Shown: positions 34,332 through 39,611 of the stretch, piece after piece
Layout of the letters: every line of letters starts with the position of its first letter
Position numbering within the stretch: the stretch's first letter is position 1
Assembly: GCA_964536195.1 (NCBI GenBank)
Contig: CAZHVO010000003.1
Coordinates: 1,797-41,407 of the forward strand
DNA length: 39,611 nucleotides
Direction of reading: 5' to 3'
Origin: an uncultured Planctomycetia bacterium
GTDB taxonomy: Bacteria; Omnitrophota; Gorgyraeia; Duberdicusellales; 4484-171
Program-made: the position numbers and the translations under genes
Notes under the pieces: generated by a model
Databases searched by the model: none
Told to the model about the DNA's origin: nothing
Seen by the model: the letters and a program-made list of their open reading frames with translations, nothing else

Positions 34332-35219
34332 ATGGCAAAAAGATTAGATATAAAAGTCACTTTTAAGTGCAACAACAGTTGTAAATTTTGTGTTCAGGGG
34401 GATAAGAGAAAGTTTTGCCAAGATAAAAAGTTTTATGAGATTAAAAAGATTTTAAAAGAATCAAAGAGTGATTATGATGAAGTTATATTTACCGGCGGAG
34501 AACCTACCATAAGGCCTGATATCATAGAATTGGTAGAGTATGCTAACAAATTAAAATATAGGGTGCATATCCAAACCAATGGGAGGATGTTTTTATACAG
34601 AGAATTTTGTAAAAGGATGATAGAGGCCGGTGCCGCAGCATTTACAGTTTCAATACATGGCCATAACGCTCGGCTGCACGACGCTCTTACTGGGGTAGAG
34701 GGGAGCTTTGATCAAACCATTGCAGGTATTAAGCATCTTTGTTCTCTCAAGGCAGAAGTGTTTACCAATAGTGTTATCACCACTTTAAATTATTGTTTTT
34801 TACCCAAAATAGCTGTTATGGTGATTAATTTAGGTATATTTGAATATCGGCTTTCTTTCCCTCACATTTTGGGAAGAGCATTAACCAATAGAGATTGGAT
34901 TGTGCCGCGAAAAAAAGCAGTCGTCCCTTACGTAAAGAGGGCATTGGAAATCGGCATTAAGAAAGGGCGGATTCCTTTAACTGAGGCTATACCGCATTGT
35001 TTTCTAAGCGAATATGTTCATTGTGCTTCTGAAACCTATATGCCCGAGACAAAAGTGTTTGATAATAAATTAATAGTAGATTTTAGCCGTTGGCGGATGG
35101 AAGAGGGAAAAAATAAAGGGCCAAAATGCAGAGAATGTAAATATTTTGAATGTTGCGAGGGTCCCTGGCGGGAATATCCTGAAATTTTCGGCTGGGATGA
35201 ATTTACTCCTATTAAATAA
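34332..35219 (+). CDS. Radical SAM protein, HxsC-like (group A), close paralogue of 14059..14949
   Basis: CNNSCKFCVQG, FTGGEPT, TEAIPHC, KGPKCRECKYFECCEGPWREYPE. Confidence 0.88.
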   Translation: MAKRLDIKVTFKCNNSCKFCVQGDKRKFCQDKKFYEIKKILKESKSDYDEVIFTGGEPTIRPDIIELVEYANKLKYRVHIQTNGRMFLYREFCKRMIEAGAAAFTVSIHGHNARLHDALTGVEGSFDQTIAGIKHLCSLKAEVFTNSVITTLNYCFLPKIAVMVINLGIFEYRLSFPHILGRALTNRDWIVPRKKAVVPYVKRALEIGIKKGRIPLTEAIPHCFLSEYVHCASETYMPETKVFDNKLIVDFSRWRMEEGKNKGPKCRECKYFECCEGPWREYPEIFGWDEFTPIK

Positions 35220-35224
35220 TTTGG

Positions 35225-36181
35225 TTGAATATGTCGACTAACATTATATCTAATATAATTTTTTTGCCGGTCATTTTGTTTATTGGTTGCGTTACAAGCT
35301 ACGAAGATTTTACGATTTCAAAGATTAGGAATAAATGGATTTTAATGGGATTACTCTATGCATTTGCAGTATATTCGGTATCCTGGATTTTGTATGCTTT
35401 AGCCGCAAGTGAAATCATAAGTCCTGTTATCGGAAAAGTAACCTCTGATCTGGTATGGATTTTTGATAAATGGTGTATAAATTTAGTGATAAGCATTATT
35501 GTGGCTTATCTGTTATGGCATTTTAAAATGTGGGGGGCCGGCGATGCAAAACTTTTTATTTGTTATTCTTCACTGATTCCAATGGCGCAGTACTCCAAAG
35601 TGTATTTTGATTATTATTTTGCCTCGTTTTGGCTATTAGTGGCTATTTTTATACCAGCAACAATCTTTTTCTTTGTGCGATCGTTAGCCTATCTTATTAA
35701 AAAAATTACTTTTAGAAACATTAAAGAAACGCTGCCGAAGATGATTAAGGAAAGGTTGGGCAAAGTTAATAAAATTGAGATAGCCAGAACTATATTTGGC
35801 TTTTTCGTTCTTTTCCTATTTTTTAGAGTATTAAGACAGGAATTTCAGAATTTACTTCGCGGAGTTTTGCCCAATCAAAATATCGTAATGCTCTTACCTT
35901 TATTGGCGTTCCGGCCGCTATCTAGAATTTTCAAAAAGAATATCAAATTTACAGTTATTGCTTTTGTTTTTTTAACAGCATACCTTATTTTTAAAATGTT
36001 ATATTCTTGGGAAAGATTTATCCGTGAGATAAGCGGTACACTGGGATGGGTTATATTTATTATGGTATTATTTCCAACTGTCAAAAAGATAATAAATCTT
36101 TATACGGAAAGGATTACTCAAAAAACTAGTCCTTTTGCTCATTGGATGTTTTTAGGGATGCTAATTGTTTGGTTTCTTTAA
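35225..36181 (+). CDS. A24-family prepilin/preflagellin-type aspartic peptidase (start 35225 TTG or 35231 ATG)
   Basis: First catalytic Asp in SYEDF..KIRN, second in WGAGDAKL (GxGD), C-terminal PFAHWMFLG; multi-TM. Confidence 0.8.
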   Translation: MNMSTNIISNIIFLPVILFIGCVTSYEDFTISKIRNKWILMGLLYAFAVYSVSWILYALAASEIISPVIGKVTSDLVWIFDKWCINLVISIIVAYLLWHFKMWGAGDAKLFICYSSLIPMAQYSKVYFDYYFASFWLLVAIFIPATIFFFVRSLAYLIKKITFRNIKETLPKMIKERLGKVNKIEIARTIFGFFVLFLFFRVLRQEFQNLLRGVLPNQNIVMLLPLLAFRPLSRIFKKNIKFTVIAFVFLTAYLIFKMLYSWERFIREISGTLGWVIFIMVLFPTVKKIINLYTERITQKTSPFAHWMFLGMLIVWFL

Positions 36182-36192
36182 CATAGGAGGCT

Positions 36193-37293
36193 GTGATGTT
36201 TAAATTCAAAAATGTTTCGATGGGGCTCATAATCCTTTGGTTAATCTCGATGAATTTCGCTAATTCATATGCTGGCGAGGTTGCTTTGTATAGAGGTAAC
36301 TTAGAAAGGACAGGGGTGTTTTCTTCTTCGGCGCTCAAAGAGCCCGTTGAAATAAAATGGAGATTTAAAGCAAAAGGTGAGATAAGCTCTTCTCCAGTAG
36401 CTCACGAAGGGGTAGTTTATTTTGGAAGCTATGACGGAAATTTATACGCCTTAGATGCTAACAGCGGTGAAGAAAAATGGCGGTTTGATACCGGTGATTG
36501 GATACGTTCTTCGGTAGCTGTATTCGGAGAAAAAGTCTATTTTGGGAGCAGAGACGGCAATTTTTATGCCCTGAGTGCCAAAACAGGTAAAGAAATATGG
36601 AGATACCATATCGGAGATTGGATAATTTCTTCTCCTGCTGCATATGAGGGCGTGGTCTATTTTGGAAACGGAGGAGCCTTCTACGCTTTGGATGCATTGA
36701 ACGGAGAATTAAGATGGAAGGTTGAAACAGGTTTAGCTGTTTGGGCATCTCCGGCTATATACAAGGGGATAGTTTATTTTGGGAGTTTTAACAAGAGTTT
36801 TTATGCAGTTGATGCCAAAACCGGTGAAGAAATCTGGAAGTTTAAGGCAGGAAGTCAGATAGAGAGTTCACCCGCGATAGTCGAGGATATAGTCTATTTT
36901 GTAAGCCGTGATGGAGGCCTTTACGCTTTGGATACAGCAACGGGTCGCGAGGAATGGAGATTCAAAGTAGATGCTGAGATAATCACTTCACCGGTGATAT
37001 TTAAAGATATTATTTATTTTGGAACCAACAAGGGGTTATGTGCAGTAGATATAAAGATGAGTCGAGAAAAATGGAGATTTAATGTTGGAACCTGGGTGCA
37101 CTCTTCACCGGCGATAGCCGGGGGAGTGCTTTACTTTGGCGGATATGGCATCTTTTATGCCTTGGATAGCAGTGATGGTAGGGTTTTATGGACTTTTGAA
37201 ATGGCAAAAGGGTCAACATTCTCGTCACCTTCCGTATATGATGGTGTAATTTATTTCGGTGCTGTTGATTATTCTCTTTATGCTTTTGAATAG
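36193..37293 (+). CDS. Secreted PQQ-like (BamB-type) 8-blade beta-propeller protein
   Basis: SD aggagg; signal peptide ending NSYA|G; eight SSP-x4-G-x-VYFG..LYALD..G..W repeats. Confidence 0.88.
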   Translation: MMFKFKNVSMGLIILWLISMNFANSYAGEVALYRGNLERTGVFSSSALKEPVEIKWRFKAKGEISSSPVAHEGVVYFGSYDGNLYALDANSGEEKWRFDTGDWIRSSVAVFGEKVYFGSRDGNFYALSAKTGKEIWRYHIGDWIISSPAAYEGVVYFGNGGAFYALDALNGELRWKVETGLAVWASPAIYKGIVYFGSFNKSFYAVDAKTGEEIWKFKAGSQIESSPAIVEDIVYFVSRDGGLYALDTATGREEWRFKVDAEIITSPVIFKDIIYFGTNKGLCAVDIKMSREKWRFNVGTWVHSSPAIAGGVLYFGGYGIFYALDSSDGRVLWTFEMAKGSTFSSPSVYDGVIYFGAVDYSLYAFE

Positions 37294-37302
37294 AAAACTC
37301 CC

Positions 37303-37330
37303 TTTACAGTCCCAAAAAACTGGATATAAT
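37303..37330 (+). promoter_or_regulatory. Sigma70-type promoter for tRNA-Pro/Arg
   Basis: TTTACA (37303-37308), 16 bp, TATAAT (37325-37330). Confidence 0.55.
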
Positions 37331-37352
37331 AGGGTTAATTTCCTTTTATTTA

Positions 37353-37428
37353 CGGGGCGTAGCGTAGCTCGGCTTAACGCGTCTGCTTTGGGAGCAGAAG
37401 ATCGGTGGTTCAAATCCACTCGCCCCGA
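37353..37428 (+). tRNA. tRNA-Pro(TGG)
   Basis: CGGGGCG acceptor, TCTGC-TTTGGGA-GCAGA anticodon arm, GGTTCAAATCC T-arm; no encoded CCA. Confidence 0.95.
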
Positions 37429-37570
37429 CAGTTTTTTTTGGTTAGATAGGTGAGTGTAGGTGTGGTTGCTCATCATTATTTGTGAGCCTAATACATTATT
37501 TGGCACTTGTTTTTGCTTCCTGCTTGCGGGAAAGCCTGAAGCTCTTTGGCTTTCAGCCAAAGACAAGTGA

Positions 37571-37589
37571 CAAATCCACTCGCCCCGAC
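37571..37589 (+). repeat. 19-bp direct repeat of the tRNA-Pro 3' end (att-like)
   Basis: caaatccactcgccccgac is identical to 37411-37429. Confidence 0.9.
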
Positions 37590-37623
37590 GTATTTTGTAG
37601 GTTTTAAGTTATTTTGGTAATAT

Positions 37624-37700
37624 GCGCCCGTAGCTCAATCGGATAGAGCACCTGCCTTCTAAGCAGGATGTTGCAGGTTCGATTCCTGCCGGGCGCGCCA
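37624..37700 (+). tRNA. tRNA-Arg(TCT)
   Basis: GCGCCCG acceptor, CCTGC-CTTCTAA-GCAGG anticodon arm, GGTTCGATTCC, ends GCCA. Confidence 0.96.
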
Positions 37701-37726
37701 TCCCGGGGAACGATAAGGAGAAAGGT

Positions 37727-39043
37727 ATGAAGAGAATAGTAAAAAGAATTTCGATTACAGCAGGGATAATACTAGTTATTGTGATTATGCTTCATGTTGT
37801 GCTTTTTGCCTTCATTAATACCAAAGGAAGAGACCTAATCGTTGGAGGCCTAAGGAATAGCCTTGGCTTAGAAGCAACCATGGGTTCTTTATCCCTCAAG
37901 TTTCCTTTTAACGTAGAAATTAAGGATTTCGAATGTGCGGTTCTATCTTTTAAAAGGGCAAATATTTCTTTAGGATTTTTTAATCCTTTTACCGGGAATA
38001 TAAATTTAAGCAAGGTTTATTTAGATGGTCTTGATTTAAAGGTGGCTAAAGATAGGGGTGGAATCTCTTTAAGCCTGCCTTCCGAAGATAAGCCTAAGGC
38101 TGAAGAAAAAATAGTCTTACCTGAAGATAGCCTCGGTTTTGATAACCTTAAGGCTGAGATTAAACCAGAGAAAGAAGAAGAGAAAGATGAGAAGGAAGGA
38201 GGAGGAGGAGAGGAGTCTAAACCTAGAGAGAAGAAGTTTTCTCTGGCCATTGGAAACCTCTATCTTAAGAATTCCAGGATAGAAGTAAATTATCCGATAG
38301 GAAAAAGGCCTGTTAATATTATTTTTAGTGATCTTTCTTTGAGGGTAAAGGGTTTTACTTATCCTAAATTAAGTAGCTTCTATGTAAAGCTAGATACTGC
38401 TTTGGTTTCACCTTCCCAGGAAAGTCAAAGAACTAATATTTTAGGTATTGAAGGATGGGTAGATTACAATAACAAAAATATGAATCTGGATATAAATATA
38501 GATGATTTTGACTACATTGTTTTTGGCAAGTTTTACCCTCCTTTTTTGCGGCCGAATAATCTAAGGTTGAAAGAGGCTATTTTTTCTTTTGAGTCGAACC
38601 TTAAATCCAAAGACAACAGTTTAACCATTGACAATCTTTTAACTATAGAGGGGGTAGAATTTATCGAAGAAGAGGACGAGGCAGAATCTTTTCAAGCCAA
38701 GATTTTAAAAACAGCGATCTCTTTTCTTAAAGGTGACAAAGACAAACCCAGTATTCACTTTAAATTAACAACAAACATGGATTCGCCCAAGCTAGACCTC
38801 TCCTCACTCAAGAAGAGTCTTATGGAAGCAGCCGGCATTGGACCTTTGATGATAATAGAAGGGGCTGTCGATAAAATAAAAGGGAAAATTGAAGGCCTAG
38901 GGGGTGCTACCATAGGTAGTGTTGTTGAGACCCTAAAGGGCGCAACTGAAACCATCGAGGGCATCTTAGAGACTGATGATGCCGAAGAACCTCAAGAAAG
39001 TAAAGAAGATGCTTCCAAAGATGAGAAAGCTTTTCAAGAATAG
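37727..39043 (+). CDS. AsmA/DUF748-like envelope protein
   Basis: N-terminal TM anchor, beta-rich repeats (INLSKVYLDGLDL, LAIGNLYLKNSRI), charged low-complexity linker; SD aaggag. Confidence 0.6.
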   Translation: MKRIVKRISITAGIILVIVIMLHVVLFAFINTKGRDLIVGGLRNSLGLEATMGSLSLKFPFNVEIKDFECAVLSFKRANISLGFFNPFTGNINLSKVYLDGLDLKVAKDRGGISLSLPSEDKPKAEEKIVLPEDSLGFDNLKAEIKPEKEEEKDEKEGGGGEESKPREKKFSLAIGNLYLKNSRIEVNYPIGKRPVNIIFSDLSLRVKGFTYPKLSSFYVKLDTALVSPSQESQRTNILGIEGWVDYNNKNMNLDINIDDFDYIVFGKFYPPFLRPNNLRLKEAIFSFESNLKSKDNSLTIDNLLTIEGVEFIEEEDEAESFQAKILKTAISFLKGDKDKPSIHFKLTTNMDSPKLDLSSLKKSLMEAAGIGPLMIIEGAVDKIKGKIEGLGGATIGSVVETLKGATETIEGILETDDAEEPQESKEDASKDEKAFQE

Positions 39044-39060
39044 ATTGTATTTATTTTTAC

Positions 39061-39135
39061 GGTGGCTATAGTGTAGCGGCAGCACAAGAGATTGTGGTTC
39101 TCTTAGTACGGGTTCAACCCCCGTTAGCCACCCCA
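39061..39135 (+). tRNA. tRNA-His(GTG)
   Basis: G-1 plus GTGGCTA/TAGCCAC acceptor with C73, AGAGA-TTGTGGT-TCTCT anticodon arm, encoded CCA. Confidence 0.95.
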
Positions 39136-39221
39136 TTATTTTATTCTGCTTATTTCTTCCTGGTTTTACTAATGATTTTGGTGATAACAATAGGGTTATA
39201 GTTATAAAGGATTAGAACGAG

Positions 39222-39611
39222 ATGATTTGGTTTTTAGGGATATTAATTAGCTTAGGTGTTGGCCTGGTGATATTTTCTTTTTTTCTGCCCGAAGGCAGCC
39301 GCGGAGGGAATTCCCGGGGTAATTTTCAGAACAAGACCGAAGCTGCGCTTAGCCAGCTAAGGGATAGAATTTTATTCCTAGAAGGTGAGTTTGGAAAGGT
39401 AAATCAGCTCTGTTCATCGATAAAAGAAGATTTATCTAATTTAAGAGAAAAGGATCTAGCCTTTATTATTAATCTTTTAGAAAAAAAAGAGGATTTCAGA
39501 CAAAAAGAGAGCTTTTCCGGCCAGGAGGGTTTAAGGTTTCAGGAATATGAGAAAACCATAGGGCTTTTAAAAAAAGAGATAGAGGAGCTATCTCATAAAT
39601 TGATAAAGCTG
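39222..39611 (+). CDS. Partial membrane-anchored coiled-coil protein, runs off the window (not in the ORF track)
   Basis: ATG 39222, open for 130 codons to the end: MIWFLGILISLGVGLVIFSFFLP then a heptad-like E/K/L-rich region. Confidence 0.65.
   Translation, partial: MIWFLGILISLGVGLVIFSFFLPEGSRGGNSRGNFQNKTEAALSQLRDRILFLEGEFGKVNQLCSSIKEDLSNLREKDLAFIINLLEKKEDFRQKESFSGQEGLRFQEYEKTIGLLKKEIEELSHKLIKL

Noticed and set aside
37225-37566. ORFs 37225..37566 and 37259..37453 (and likewise 38966..39190)
   Set aside because: They overlap tRNA-Pro or tRNA-His and show no protein motifs.
10059-37589. Hxs cluster as a tRNA-Pro-integrated genomic island
   Set aside because: The cluster is on the 5' side of tRNA-Pro, the att-like repeat lies on the 3' side, I found no matching repeat near 9.5-10 kb, and there is no integrase. 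Horizontal origin remains untested and needs GC/codon and synteny analysis.

Overview
AT-rich bacterial chromosomal window; protein motifs suggest Candidatus Omnitrophota or a similar uncultured lineage (inference only). The flanks are housekeeping or envelope genes: a type IV pilin-like gene, a beta-barrel-like protein, an FAD oxidoreductase, PhoU plus a Na/Pi symporter, pyrE, an M48 peptidase, DUF192, an AEC transporter, smpB, an inositol monophosphatase, an AsmA/DUF748-like protein, and five tRNAs (Ser-CGA, Leu-CAG, Pro-TGG, Arg-TCT, His-GTG). The centre (about 10.06-37.29 kb, all + strand) is a greatly expanded His-Xaa-Ser (Hxs) RiPP-type cluster. It has two HxsD-like genes, HxsB, one 98-aa precursor with 11 His-x-(S/N/Q) triplets, and 14 radical SAM genes carrying 20 rSAM domains by my count (19 intact CxxxCxxC plus one with all three Cys replaced by Ser). 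One 1293-aa protein holds four rSAM domains, and two proteins are B12-rSAM fusions. The cluster also encodes a U32-family Fe-S protein, an A24 prepilin-type peptidase, a Cys-rich secreted protein, DUF1566, a triple Cys-knuckle protein and a secreted 8-blade beta-propeller. The precursor leader has an Flp-pilin-like FxxxEEG motif followed by a signal-peptide-like segment, which suggests the A24 peptidase could be its leader protease (hypothesis). Partial tRNA duplications (att-like scars), a REP-like palindrome family and probable leaderless promoters are also present. All family calls come from motifs read by eye; no database searches were run.
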